Origin: Candidatus Hydrogenedentota bacterium
GTDB lineage: Bacteria; Hydrogenedentota; Hydrogenedentia; Hydrogenedentales; SLHB01
Reading direction: 5' to 3'
Length of the DNA: 55,065 nt
NCBI GenBank assembly: GCA_034408725.1
Contig: JAWXCN010000113.1
Span: 1 to 55,065 of the forward strand
This document shows positions 10,204 to 20,398 of the stretch, in pieces. The translations under genes were made by a program, and so were the position numbers. The notes beneath the pieces are model-generated. The model worked only from the letters and a program-made list of their open reading frames with translations, was not told the DNA's origin and ran no database searches. Every line of letters starts with the position of its first letter. Position 1 is the stretch's first letter.

Positions 10204-11589
10204 ATGAAACCTTTTGACGAACAACTTGTCTCCGGAAACATCGTCCGGAGTGTCTGGAAACTGGCTTGGCCCATCGTGCTGATGAACCTCATCAACGGTG
10301 TCCACGGCATGGTCGATCAGAGTCTCATTGGCCACACGGTCGAGCGCGACGCCGCCAATGCCGCCGTCGGCATCTCCTGGAACCTGTTCCTCGTGGTTGT
10401 CGTGTCGCTCGCGTCCCTGTTTCATGGAATGGGCGTGCTAATCGCCCAGGCAGCGGGCCGTCAGGATCGCGCGCGCATGAATCGCGTGCTGTACCACAGC
10501 GGGCTGCTTACATCATACGTCGTGTTGGTCGTGGTCACTCCCCTGGGCTATCTGCTGGCGCCATACTTGCTCCAGACTGCCAAGCCATCCCCGGAAGTGG
10601 CATCGTATGCGCTGCCTTATCTCCGGATGCTGTTTCTATTCACCATTACCTTGTCGCTAAATTTTCTCTTTGGCATTGCCATGCAGACCTCGGGCGATGC
10701 GAAGCGCCCGCTGATGTTGGTTGTGCTCACCACGGGCCTGCACGTTGTCCTGAGTGCCGTGTTCATAACAGGTTTTGGCCCGTTCCCCAAACTCGGCGTA
10801 ACGGGCGCCGCACTCGGCGCGGGCCTCGCCCCGATACCCTCATTGTGCATTGCGCTCTGGCTTATCGTAACCAAGCGGACAATTCTCGGGCTGCCCGACG
10901 CGTTTCCCCTCAAACCAGACTGGGAAGTCATTCGCGCGGTGATGCGCATCGGGGTTCCCAGCGGCGTACACGCGGTAGCACTGAACATTGGCGGCATCAT
11001 GTTGTATCGCTACATCGGCTTGCTGGCGGACAGTGCCGCCGCGCAGGCCGCGTACACCCTGTGCTACGCGCAACTCTTTTCGTTCGTTACGTGGGCGGCG
11101 CTCGGATTGCGCGGGTCCGCATCCGCGCTCATGGGACAAAACATCGGCGCCGGCAAAGCCGAACGTGGCCGCCGCGGCGTACACGTTGCTGCAATCATGG
11201 GCGGGGCGTGGGCGATTGTTTGGGGAGTGGCGGTATGGCTATGGCCGATCCAGTTCCTCGGCGTTTTCTATCCCGCGCAGAACGCCCACAGCCTTGTCTT
11301 AGAATTTGGCCAGTCGCTGCTAAAATACCTATCCATATCGGGACTGTTCCTCGCTGTTGCGCTTGTGCTGACCGGCGGCCTCATGGGCGCCGGAGACACC
11401 AAGAAACCCATGTACATCGCCATCCTTACGCAAATTATAATTCTGCTGAGCATCTGCGAAATCTATTACCGGTTAGATATGCTCACCACCAACGCAATTT
11501 GGTCGGCAATTCTTATTAGCCACGTCAGCCGATACGTCTTAACCCACATCGTCTTCCACAACGCGCGCCTTAAGCCAAACGCACTCTGA
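10204..11589 (+). CDS. MATE family efflux transporter
   Basis: About 12 hydrophobic segments; KLAWPIVL, GDAKRP, LGVTGAALG, GQNIGAG and GAGDTKKP motifs. Confidence 0.92.
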   Translation: MKPFDEQLVSGNIVRSVWKLAWPIVLMNLINGVHGMVDQSLIGHTVERDAANAAVGISWNLFLVVVVSLASLFHGMGVLIAQAAGRQDRARMNRVLYHSGLLTSYVVLVVVTPLGYLLAPYLLQTAKPSPEVASYALPYLRMLFLFTITLSLNFLFGIAMQTSGDAKRPLMLVVLTTGLHVVLSAVFITGFGPFPKLGVTGAALGAGLAPIPSLCIALWLIVTKRTILGLPDAFPLKPDWEVIRAVMRIGVPSGVHAVALNIGGIMLYRYIGLLADSAAAQAAYTLCYAQLFSFVTWAALGLRGSASALMGQNIGAGKAERGRRGVHVAAIMGGAWAIVWGVAVWLWPIQFLGVFYPAQNAHSLVLEFGQSLLKYLSISGLFLAVALVLTGGLMGAGDTKKPMYIAILTQIIILLSICEIYYRLDMLTTNAIWSAILISHVSRYVLTHIVFHNARLKPNAL

Positions 11590-11632
11590 TCTGTCGTTAG
11601 GAAGTGTGGCTCCACTCATGATTTCACAAGCA

Positions 11633-11915
11633 GCCTATTTGGACTGTTTATGACAAATGGTCTACCCCTTGCTGGGGTGCGCACGAGGCCCTCTCCCCTA
11701 AACAGCCAAAGCGGTGTCTCCGCTACCCGCTTCGCCACCGCAGTCCAAAATAGTCCCTTCCGAAAACCACGTCCTATCAAAAAGCCTATTTGGACTGCGG
11801 CAGCCCCCAAAGGCGCCGCTTTGGCTGTTTATCAGTCGACCTACCCCTTACAGCGCGCACCCAAAGCCGTCTGAGCATGCCAGCAAAATCGAAAGCTACC
11901 GCGTCCTCGCTCCAA
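11633..11915. repeat. REPIN-like cluster (type II, one arm internally deleted)
   Basis: atttggactgttt (collapsed arm), aaacagccaaagcggtgtctccgctacccgcttcgccaccgcagtccaaa and tttggactgcggcagcccccaaaggcgccgctttggctgttt. Confidence 0.85.
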
Positions 11916-11927
11916 GACAAAACCTTA

Positions 11928-12971
11928 CTACTTCTCCTCCAAACGCCCCACCGGGTAGCCATCGGCGTAGGAAATTACATGAGCGCCGGTTCCGGTTTTG
12001 TACCGGACCATTTCATCGCGGAGCTCGAAGTCGGTTTTTCCCGCTCGCACACGATGACTTGCCGAATCCGGTGAGAGATACTCGTCGGCAAACCGGAACA
12101 GCAGCGCCGTGCGATCTCCAATCGAGTGGCCGGTGTCTTTGATTGCCGTGCCGTCGATATCGCGCTTGAAGATAAAGTGCGGTACAGCGTCGATCCTCGC
12201 CCGCTTCATATTGGCCACCATTTTCCGTACGTCCGCGGTTGGACATACACTATCCGTCGCGCCATGAACGACAACGACTGTCGCCCTGTTGCCCAAATGC
12301 TTCATCGTCCGCAAATGTTCCGGACGCCCGATGAAACGCAGCTCCTGCGCGGCGCACGACAGATACGTGGGCGATACTGCGTCGCGCGAATATCCCGCGT
12401 TGAGTTCGCTGCCTCCAGGCACGCCAAACGCAATGTCGTCCGAAAGTTCTGCCATGCCGCTGATGTCTACAATGCAAGCAAACGTGCGCGGAGCGAGTTT
12501 GTTCGACATAAGCGCGACGTTTCCGCCGCCCGAACCGCCCGCGGCATAGATGCGCCCGCGCGCGAATGGCCGGTGCGCTTCATCTAACGAATAAAAAACA
12601 TAGTGCAGCGCGCGCAACGCGTCCAACGCTTGCAGATACCCGTAGTCATACGGAATGCCATCAGCGGCGTCCCACCTACCGCTTTGAAGATAGTCCACGG
12701 AAATCGCAACCACGTCGTAGCGGTTGGCAACTTGCACCGGGTCCGGAGCGCCGATGGCGCCCGTGCCGCCCCAGTTGTGCAGGCACAACATCAGCCCCGT
12801 GGATTCGTGAACGTTCTTCAAATCACCGCCGGGATAAAAGACGTAGGCGGTGATTGCGCGCGGCCCCGGCGCGTGCGGCCACTCCTGCGCGGGCAGTGTC
12901 ACGCGGCCGTCCTGCGCGGGCAACGGCGGATAGAGGGCCGCCGCGATGGAGCACAACAAAAGCGCGATCAT
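11928..12971 (-). CDS. Secreted alpha/beta-hydrolase-fold protein (DUF2920-like)
   Basis: LCLHNWGG, nucleophile elbow GGSGGG, VVHGATD; signal peptide. Confidence 0.7.
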   Translation of the reverse strand: MIALLLCSIAAALYPPLPAQDGRVTLPAQEWPHAPGPRAITAYVFYPGGDLKNVHESTGLMLCLHNWGGTGAIGAPDPVQVANRYDVVAISVDYLQSGRWDAADGIPYDYGYLQALDALRALHYVFYSLDEAHRPFARGRIYAAGGSGGGNVALMSNKLAPRTFACIVDISGMAELSDDIAFGVPGGSELNAGYSRDAVSPTYLSCAAQELRFIGRPEHLRTMKHLGNRATVVVVHGATDSVCPTADVRKMVANMKRARIDAVPHFIFKRDIDGTAIKDTGHSIGDRTALLFRFADEYLSPDSASHRVRAGKTDFELRDEMVRYKTGTGAHVISYADGYPVGRLEEK

Positions 12972-14326
12972 TACTTCTGAACGCTCAACGCTTCCGCCAT
13001 GGCGTTTCGCAGCGCCGCTTCAGCGTTCGGCGCGACCCAGCACCAGTCGTGGGCATCATTGAAGCCCTCGCTCGACGCGAATGCTGTTGGAATATAACCG
13101 GGCGCGCACTCGCCGTATCCAGCGGTGACGACAAAGTGCGTCGGGTCCAGGCGCTGCGCCATCATCTGATATCCGACAAAAGATTCACCTGGCATTAGCA
13201 GAAACTTCGCATATCCAAAATCGACCGCGGGCACATCAATGAGCTGACCCGCCGCAACGCGCGCGCGCCAGCTCAAGCCCATCGCCGCGAGTATGCGTTG
13301 AAACGTTTTCTGCGATGTATCCGCGAGGATGGCGTTCATGTCTGCTTCCGTAAACCCTGCCGAAGATTTCGGTTCGAGTTGCAACGCCGCGACGCGAATT
13401 CCAATTCTCTCCATCGGATATTTCTTTGTGTTGTCCCACGCCTTCACCATCGCCGCGTGCAACTTGCCGGCCAACACGGGCCGGTTCGCCGGATCGCCAT
13501 CGTTCCATTTGCCCGCAATGGTGTCGCCGCTACACCCGGAAAAATACACCTGCACTACGCCGGGCAATTCCCCCTCGCGCTTCTGCCGCGCCATCCCAAC
13601 AAAATCGGCGGACACACCGCCCTTGCCGTAATAGCTCATCGGGTGGATCGAGAAAGCGTGCAACGCCGCCACAGGCTCGTCGCCATTCCAAAAGCTCAGC
13701 GTGCGCAACACGGGATCGTGATCGCCCACTTCCGCCGCGCGCAACGCAGCATCGGCCGTCGCGCTGGTGCGGTTGTAATGCACGGCGCCGTCTGCATTCT
13801 TCACGCGCCGGTTCGATGCAAGTTCGACAGCTTCGCCCATGCCCGTGCCGTAATGCGTGATCGGCTTCGCCGCGGTCAACCCTTCCCGCACCGCCGCGGC
13901 AACTTTCTGAAACTGCTCCTCCGCGAACGCGCTGTCACACAGCGCCTTGGGCAGGTTCTGCGCATCAAGCAGCTTCTGCGCGGCAAAATCCACCACTGGC
14001 GCATCGTGAACGTGTACACTCGAAATCAGCACGCACTCGCGCGACGTGCCCGCGGCCTCCGCGACAACCTCGCGAAACCGGTCATACGCATCATTCCGGA
14101 TTTCGCACCAATCGATGGACAACAACACGACCGGCTTTGCGCCGCCGATCAACACCACGCCTCTCGCGTACAACGGATCGACAACCTCTGCCGCGGGCGC
14201 AATGCCTCCACCCATCAACGCGTGACCAATCGGGACCGTAACATCGGCGTTAAACGTCGCAAGTTGAAATTCCTCCGATGCAGCGCACGCCACGAAAACG
14301 GCTATTGTCAAAAATCGCGTGATCAT
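12971..14326 (-). CDS. Secreted neutral/alkaline ceramidase-like metallo-amidohydrolase
   Basis: ATG 14326 overlaps the upstream stop (ATGA); DPLYARG, SVHVHDAP, SIHP, GCSGD, PGE and GYIPT motifs. Confidence 0.65.
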   Translation of the reverse strand: MITRFLTIAVFVACAASEEFQLATFNADVTVPIGHALMGGGIAPAAEVVDPLYARGVVLIGGAKPVVLLSIDWCEIRNDAYDRFREVVAEAAGTSRECVLISSVHVHDAPVVDFAAQKLLDAQNLPKALCDSAFAEEQFQKVAAAVREGLTAAKPITHYGTGMGEAVELASNRRVKNADGAVHYNRTSATADAALRAAEVGDHDPVLRTLSFWNGDEPVAALHAFSIHPMSYYGKGGVSADFVGMARQKREGELPGVVQVYFSGCSGDTIAGKWNDGDPANRPVLAGKLHAAMVKAWDNTKKYPMERIGIRVAALQLEPKSSAGFTEADMNAILADTSQKTFQRILAAMGLSWRARVAAGQLIDVPAVDFGYAKFLLMPGESFVGYQMMAQRLDPTHFVVTAGYGECAPGYIPTAFASSEGFNDAHDWCWVAPNAEAALRNAMAEALSVQK

Positions 14327-14715
14327 CTCTTTGTTTCCTCCACCGGCTCCGTACTGACAAGTGCAGCCTTGCGGCCGCGCCACCACGCCACACTCAACAC
14401 AAGCATCCAGATCGCGCACAGAAACAGACCGATATCCTCGCGCACTTCTTCTACCCCCTTTTCGTGCATGCGCATATCCAGCAAAATATTGGACGGATGT
14501 TCCACCATCTCCTTTGGCATCCAGTACAGCGCGGCAGCGAGATACCCGGCGAACCCAATCACCGCGGCAAACGTATACCGCTTCGCAATTGCGAACGCGG
14601 TCACCACCGTGCCGTATCCATAAATCAACATCCAAATCCAACCATCGGGATCATTCCACTGCACCACCACGCACAACAACAGCAACACAAACATAATGAT
14701 CGAAACTATACGCAT
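14323..14715 (-). CDS. Transmembrane 220 family membrane protein
   Basis: VQWNDPDGWIW and EEVREDIGL motifs; four hydrophobic segments. Confidence 0.8.
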   Translation of the reverse strand: MRIVSIIMFVLLLLCVVVQWNDPDGWIWMLIYGYGTVVTAFAIAKRYTFAAVIGFAGYLAAALYWMPKEMVEHPSNILLDMRMHEKGVEEVREDIGLFLCAIWMLVLSVAWWRGRKAALVSTEPVEETKR

Positions 14716-14738
14716 TCCAACCCCTTCACTATCCCGCA

Positions 14739-14940
14739 GCCTTGGAGTGCGGTAGCGGTAGCTACCGCTTTCACTTCAAGTAACCCGCAGCGCAACGCAA
14801 AATTATAATACCTTTACAGCATTATGAAAAGCGGGAGCTACCGCTTTCACTTCGGATTGCAGTTAGTCCCAACTCATTGCAACTCGCCACTGCTCCCTCG
14901 AAGTCAAAGCGGCAGCTACCGCCGCCGCATTCCAAGGCGC
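14739..14940. repeat. REPIN-like cluster (type I)
   Basis: gccttggagtgcggtagcggtagctaccgctttcacttc...aaagcgggagctaccgcttt...aaagcggcagctaccgccgccgcattccaaggcgc. Confidence 0.85.
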
Positions 14941-15067
14941 TTCGCGCGGCGAGCACTTGAATGTTCAATCCTAGACACAATCCCGCGCAGCCTCAAGCGG
15001 GCATACTTGCTTGCGCAGCGGGACGCGCCTGTGCAAGAGTCTTCGACAACCCGGAGCCCGAATCTCC

Positions 15068-16576
15068 ATGCACATTTCACGACGCCAATTTCTCAAGCGC
15101 GGATCAGGCGCGCTTGCCCTAGCTTCGCTGCCGCTGATCACCGGGTGCCCACTCGCGGGCCTCATTCGCACCGTCGAATCGCGCCGCTCCGTTGACGGTA
15201 TTCTCGAAACGGACCTGTGTGTCTGCTTCGCCCGCAATCGCATTGATGAGACGTGGCTGCGATCAAGGACGTACGAAGGTCGCATCCCCGGGCCTACGTT
15301 GCGCGCGAAACCGGGCGATACCCTACGCATTCATATCCAAAACGCACTCCCTAACGAAAACGATGATGACGGTCACACGCACAGCCACAAAGGCGGACAT
15401 AACCACAACATTCCCGGCGGATTCAACATCACGAATTTTCATTCGCATGGACTTCACGTTTCACCAAAGGGCAATGCTGACAACCCGTATCGCATGTTCA
15501 TGCCCGGCGACACTAATATTGTCCAGATCGACATTCCCGGCGACCATCCCGCCGGAACGTTCTGGTATCACCCGCACCACCACGGCGCAGTCACCGCGCA
15601 GCTCATGGGCGGCATGGCGGGCGCGCTAATTGTCGAAGGCGACATTGATGACGTGCCCGAAATCGCGGAAGCGCGCGAACACATTCTAGTTATTCAAGAG
15701 CTGCGCATAAACGAAGACGGCGAAACCCCGCTGATGGACGAACACACGTTTCATGACGGCCACCACGCGGACTTCGCAGGAAGCGTGTTGAAGCGCACGA
15801 TCAACGGACAAGTGAATCCCACGATTACCATGCGCCCCGGCGAAGTGCAGCGCTGGCGGTTCATCCAGGCAGGCGTCGAACAAATCACACCCATCGCATT
15901 GGACAATCACGCATTTCACCACATCGCAATGGACGGCATTTCCTTCAAGAAGCCCGATGAAGTAGACAGCGTCGTTCTCGCGCCGGGCAACCGCGCGGAT
16001 GTGCTCGTGAAAGCGGGCGCGCCAGGCACTTACTACCTCCGCAAACACGCATACGATCAGGGCGCCGGCGAAGTCGACGAAGACATCCTCGCCACCGTGA
16101 AAGTGCAGGGCTCCCCACTCGACATGCCGTTGCCAACCGGCTTGCCCACGCCGTCATCGCTCCAGTTCATCGCCGACGACGAAGTAGAAACCATCCGGCA
16201 GGTGTCGTTCAGCGTCGACGCGGCAGGACCCGGCGAAATGTTTCCACGCTTCACGATCAACGGCCAACTCTTCGACCCAGACCGCATTGATGAAGCGATC
16301 CCGCTCGGCGCCGTTGAAGAATGGATCATCACCAGCGCAACAACCGACGAACACCCGTTTCACATCCACACACACTCATTTCAGGTGTCCGAAATCGAAA
16401 ACGAACCCGTGCGTCCAAAACGCTGGCAGGACACGGTCATTGTGCCCGGCTTCGGAATCGTGCGCGTTCGAATCCGGTTCAACGACTTCGTTGGAAAATC
16501 CGTCTACCATTGCCACATCGTCACGCACGAAGACCTCGGCATGATGGCAAACTTCAAAGTAGCCGGCCAATCCTAG
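15068..16576 (+). CDS. Multicopper oxidase (CueO/laccase-like), predicted Tat lipoprotein
   Basis: SRRQFLK Tat motif and LITGC lipobox; copper motifs HSHG, WYHPHHHG, HPFHIH and HCHIVTHEDLGMM. Confidence 0.93.
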   Translation: MHISRRQFLKRGSGALALASLPLITGCPLAGLIRTVESRRSVDGILETDLCVCFARNRIDETWLRSRTYEGRIPGPTLRAKPGDTLRIHIQNALPNENDDDGHTHSHKGGHNHNIPGGFNITNFHSHGLHVSPKGNADNPYRMFMPGDTNIVQIDIPGDHPAGTFWYHPHHHGAVTAQLMGGMAGALIVEGDIDDVPEIAEAREHILVIQELRINEDGETPLMDEHTFHDGHHADFAGSVLKRTINGQVNPTITMRPGEVQRWRFIQAGVEQITPIALDNHAFHHIAMDGISFKKPDEVDSVVLAPGNRADVLVKAGAPGTYYLRKHAYDQGAGEVDEDILATVKVQGSPLDMPLPTGLPTPSSLQFIADDEVETIRQVSFSVDAAGPGEMFPRFTINGQLFDPDRIDEAIPLGAVEEWIITSATTDEHPFHIHTHSFQVSEIENEPVRPKRWQDTVIVPGFGIVRVRIRFNDFVGKSVYHCHIVTHEDLGMMANFKVAGQS

Positions 16577-16599
16577 ATTTCATTGATCCGCGCGAAGCA

Positions 16600-16747
16600 C
16601 CTTGGACTGCGGTGGCGGAGCTACCGCTTTCACTTCGGCTCGTATCAGGTCCGCGGTACACGCCACAAAGACCATCGACTGTTTGATCAGATCGAAGCCC
16701 AGCGCGTATCTGAAGAGAAAGCGGCAGCTTTGCGGCCGCAATTACGC
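16600..16747. repeat. REPIN-like element (type I, degenerate)
   Basis: cttggactgcggtggcggagctaccgctttcacttc...gaaagcggcagctttgcggccgcaatt. Confidence 0.75.
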
Positions 16748-17422
16748 GACTGCTCCGCCGGCTTCCCCGGCATCACTTCCGAAGTACGTGCGAATCCCCT
16801 CGGGCCCAAGCGTCAAATGAAACTGCGATGGCGCATTCTGTCCGCTCAGCAGCGTGCCGAACTGGTTCACCGCCGTCTGTGGATTTCCGAAATAGCGCAT
16901 GCCCGTGGGAAACGTATCGAGACCCGTCTCGATCATGCTCGCGCTCGAGGCCAACCGCGCGAACCCGTAGCGCAACATCGGATGCGCCATGAACAACGCC
17001 TCGATGTTCTCCGCGTCAGGGTGATCATTCGCGACGGTTACGTTCCCATTCGCGTCCATGGTCAGATCGAGTTCGTGCGTGGTATCGATCATGCTGTTCG
17101 AGAACGCGCCCCCAATCTGCTCGCGCAACCCGGCAAGTTCTGCCTCGAACTGGGCAATAAGTTCGTTGATCCGCCCGCGAATCGGGCCGACCGGCGGCAT
17201 GCCGGTGGACGTGGATTCGCCGGCTTTCGGCGCAACCGCCAACTGCGTCGCGGCCTTGTTCTGCAACTGCGCGCGCAACAATTCGGCGAACGCTGTATTG
17301 GGGATTTGGCCCGTTTTCGCGGGGGATTGCGCTTTCGCGGCGTGACTCTTCCCCCGAATCTCCTGGATCAAACCCCGCGCGGCATTGAACAACTGAATGC
17401 CTTCCATGATCGGAATCGGCAT
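16742..17422 (-). CDS. Hypothetical protein, probably sigma54-dependent
   Basis: 226-aa ORF with AGGAGG RBS (17431-17436) and an upstream sigma54 consensus. Confidence 0.7.
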   Translation of the reverse strand: MPIPIMEGIQLFNAARGLIQEIRGKSHAAKAQSPAKTGQIPNTAFAELLRAQLQNKAATQLAVAPKAGESTSTGMPPVGPIRGRINELIAQFEAELAGLREQIGGAFSNSMIDTTHELDLTMDANGNVTVANDHPDAENIEALFMAHPMLRYGFARLASSASMIETGLDTFPTGMRYFGNPQTAVNQFGTLLSGQNAPSQFHLTLGPEGIRTYFGSDAGEAGGAVA

Positions 17423-17455
17423 GGCACGAACCTCCTAATAGTCCATCGAGGTGGG

Positions 17456-17471
17456 AGCAAGCGACGTGCCA
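17456..17471 (-). promoter_or_regulatory. Sigma54 (-24/-12) promoter
   Basis: Minus strand reads TGGCACG-TCGC-TTGCT, an exact match to TGGCACG-N4-TTGCW. Confidence 0.75.
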
Positions 17472-17477
17472 GGGAAC

Positions 17478-17790
17478 GCGCCTTGGAGTGCGGTCGCGGT
17501 AGCTACCGCTTTGGGGAAGCTGTGAGCCTTGTCCTGTCCGCGCGATACGAAGGGCTGAAAGTCTCCGAATAGAAAGCGGTAGCTGCCCGCTAACGCACTC
17601 CAAATAGTCCTCCACCGAAAACCACGTTCTAGGAAGAAACCTATTTGGACTGCGGCGGCCCCCAAGGCGCCGCTTTGGCTGTTTACCACAGTTGGCCTAC
17701 CCTTACCCTGCGCGCACGAAGCCCTCCCCCGTAAACAGCCAAAGCGGTGTCTCCGCTACCCACTTTGCTACCGCAGTCCAAATAGTCCTC
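17478..17790. repeat. Two adjacent REPIN-like elements (type I and type II)
   Basis: gccttggagtgcggtcgcggtagctaccgcttt...aaagcggtagc...cgcactccaa, then tttggactgcggcggcccccaaggcgccgctttggctgttt...aaacagccaaagcgg...ccgcagtccaaa. Confidence 0.9.
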
Positions 17791-17903
17791 CGCCCAAAAA
17801 CGACGACCCATGAAAAAACGGCGACCACCACGCTAATGGGGTCCACCACATGACAAACTCGCCCCGTTTTGCTAGGCTGAATCCCGAGAATAAGGAATGC
17901 TGA

Positions 17904-20180
17904 ATGCGTATTCCCTGCGCCATAGCCCTTCTCGCGCTTGCCGCGCTCGCGTCTACCGCCGAAGACGCCGCGGCGCACTGGTCATTCATCGCGCCGGCGC
18001 GGACCAACCCACCTGCTACGTCCAACCCCGCGTGGATCCGCAATCCGATTGACGCGTTCGTGCTACACCGGCTGGATGTCGAGGGTCTTGCGTATTCGCG
18101 GGAAGCGCCGCGCGAAACTTTGCTCCGGCGCCTATCGCTTGACCTCGTAGGCCTGCCGCCCGCGCTCGAAGACCTCGATGCGTATCTCGACGACACCGCG
18201 CCAGACGCCTACGAAAAGCAGATCGATCTCCTGCTCGCCTCGCCGCATTTCGGCGAGAAGTGGGCGCGGTGGTGGCTCGACCTCTCTGGCTACGCCGACA
18301 GCGACGGCTACCTCTCCGACTTTCTGCGGCCCAACGCCTGGCACTATCGGCAATGGGTCGTCGATGCATTCAACGCAAACATGCCCTTCGATCAGTTCAC
18401 CGCCGAACAACTCGCAGGCGATTTGATCCCCAACGCGACCACGCGCCAGCGCATCGGCACGGGCATGTTGCGCAACACCATGAACAACCGCGAAGGCGGC
18501 GCGGACCTCGAAGAATTCCGGGTGAAACAAATCGTCGCGCGCGCCAACATGGTTGGCACGGCGTGGCTCGGACTCACCATCGGTTGCGCGCAATGCCACG
18601 ATCACAAATTCGATCCGATATCCCAGCGCGACTACTTTGCAATGTACGCCTTCTTCAATAACGGCGACGAAGTCAACGTGAATACACCCATCGGCGACGA
18701 ACAGACAAAGCACGACGTGGCGCGTCCCACGTACGACGCAAAACGCGCGGAAATTCTCGCGCCGGTGCTCGTCGACGTCGAAATGCTCCAGGCAGAGTGG
18801 GAACGCAAGATGCTCGACGCCGCGAACAATCCCGGTACGGCCGATTCAACTTGGGCGCGGCAATGGGAAGTGCTTGCGCTGGTGTGGGGACAGAACTACG
18901 GCGAAGGCCAGCACGAAGGCAGTCAGATCGTAAAAATTCCGGTGGCCGAACGCACGAAGGACCAGAAAGATCGGTTGCTGGACTATTTCATTCAGAACGG
19001 CTCGCTGGTTAACGAAGCCAAGTGGGCGGAACTGAAACTGAATGATATTCGGAAGCAACTCGATGAACTGGCGAAAACGCTGCCGCTGCTTAGTCGCGCG
19101 CCAACGATGATGGAGAGCCGCGAACGCCGCGTGACGCATCTTCACAAACGCGGCGATTTCCGCGCGCCCGGCGATGAAGTGCAACCAAACACGCCCGCAG
19201 TCGTGCCTGCGTCGCTCGTGACGGAAACGCCCACGCGCCTCGATCTTGCGCAATGGCTCACGCGCCGCGACAACCCGCTCACCGCGCGCGTGTTCGTGAA
19301 CCGCGTGTGGCATGACCTGTTTGGCCGCGGCCTTGTGCACACCACCGAAGACTTCGGAACGCGCGGCGCAAAACCGTCGCACCCCGAGTTGCTCGACTGG
19401 CTTGCGGTCGAGTTCATGGATTCCGGCTGGGATGTGAAGCACCTCATTAATACAATCGTGATCTCATCCACGTATCGGCAATCGTCGAATCGGCGGCCGG
19501 AATTAAATGAACGCGATCCAAACAATGAATTGCTCGCGCGACAATCGCGGAACCGTCTTAGCGCGGAACTGGTGCGCGACAATGCGCTCGCGGCCAGCGG
19601 ACTGTTGAACGCAACCATTGGCGGACCCAGCGTGCGCCCGCCGCAACCCGACAGCGTGAGCAAGGAAGGGTTCGACAACAAATGGGTCGTCAGCGAAGGC
19701 GCACACAAATATCGCCGCGGCATTTACACATTCATTCAACGCACATCGCCGTTTGGTCAATCGGTTACATTTGATCTGCCCGACCCCGGCCAACCCTGCA
19801 CCCGCCGCGAACGATCGAACACCCCGTTGCAGGCGCTGAACCTGCTGAACGATCCCATGTTCGTCGAGTGCGCGCAATCGCTCGCGCAACGAATCGAATC
19901 GTTCATTCTCCGCCGCATGCGCGAAGGCAATCCCGCAACCGTCGAGGACTGCATCAATCACGCGTTTCGCATAGCCCTCACGCGCAACGCATCACCCGAA
20001 GAACGCGCGCGCCTCGCCGCATACCTCCCACAACAAGCCGCAATCTACGAAACCGATCCCAGCGCAGCATCCGCCCTGCTAGCCTCGCGCAGCAATGACG
20101 ACGAAAACATCGATGCAGCCGCCTGGACCGCAGTGTGCAGCGTGATTCTCAATCTCGACGAGTTTATAACAAGGGAGTAA
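17904..20180 (+). CDS. DUF1549/DUF1553 (PSD1, planctomycete-type) protein
   Basis: NPIDAFV, RRLSLDLVGLPP, GCAQCHDHKFDP, PSHPELLDWLA and NTPLQAL motifs. Confidence 0.93.
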   Translation: MRIPCAIALLALAALASTAEDAAAHWSFIAPARTNPPATSNPAWIRNPIDAFVLHRLDVEGLAYSREAPRETLLRRLSLDLVGLPPALEDLDAYLDDTAPDAYEKQIDLLLASPHFGEKWARWWLDLSGYADSDGYLSDFLRPNAWHYRQWVVDAFNANMPFDQFTAEQLAGDLIPNATTRQRIGTGMLRNTMNNREGGADLEEFRVKQIVARANMVGTAWLGLTIGCAQCHDHKFDPISQRDYFAMYAFFNNGDEVNVNTPIGDEQTKHDVARPTYDAKRAEILAPVLVDVEMLQAEWERKMLDAANNPGTADSTWARQWEVLALVWGQNYGEGQHEGSQIVKIPVAERTKDQKDRLLDYFIQNGSLVNEAKWAELKLNDIRKQLDELAKTLPLLSRAPTMMESRERRVTHLHKRGDFRAPGDEVQPNTPAVVPASLVTETPTRLDLAQWLTRRDNPLTARVFVNRVWHDLFGRGLVHTTEDFGTRGAKPSHPELLDWLAVEFMDSGWDVKHLINTIVISSTYRQSSNRRPELNERDPNNELLARQSRNRLSAELVRDNALAASGLLNATIGGPSVRPPQPDSVSKEGFDNKWVVSEGAHKYRRGIYTFIQRTSPFGQSVTFDLPDPGQPCTRRERSNTPLQALNLLNDPMFVECAQSLAQRIESFILRRMREGNPATVEDCINHAFRIALTRNASPEERARLAAYLPQQAAIYETDPSAASALLASRSNDDENIDAAAWTAVCSVILNLDEFITRE

Positions 20181-20181
20181 C

Positions 20182-20253
20182 GGAGGGCGGGTTTTCCAAC
20201 CCGCCATTGATTTGTCTAATTAACTGAATGTCGGGTTGGAAAACCCGCCCTCC
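20182..20253. repeat. REP doublet: perfect 22-bp inverted pair, GGAG-led
   Basis: ggagggcgggttttccaacccg (20182-20203) / cgggttggaaaacccgccctcc (20232-20253). Confidence 0.85.
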
Positions 20254-20398
20254 TACTTGCCGCGCGCGGTAAGCCGGTGATATAACAGCCTGTCTTGCGC
20301 ACTGCGGAGCGCGGACATAAATGCTGTGACTTCAAACCAACTGTACTGTTTTTCCGGGCGCGACGGTTTCGCCCGGTTTCGGAAGGAGAATTGCGCGA

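Noticed and set aside
10266-11519. Long alternative-frame and antisense ORFs (also 13298-14623, 20216-21340, 31373-32611 and 35643-36581)
   Set aside because: They overlap well-supported genes and are Arg/Ala/Pro-rich shadows expected at high GC.
14327-14641. Upstream extension of the 12971-14641 ORF
   Set aside because: It overlaps the TMEM220 gene; the signal peptide and ATGA coupling place the start at 14326.
14995-15015. Possible sigma54 promoter before the multicopper oxidase
   Set aside because: GG to GC spacing is off by one base from the strict GG-N10-GC requirement.
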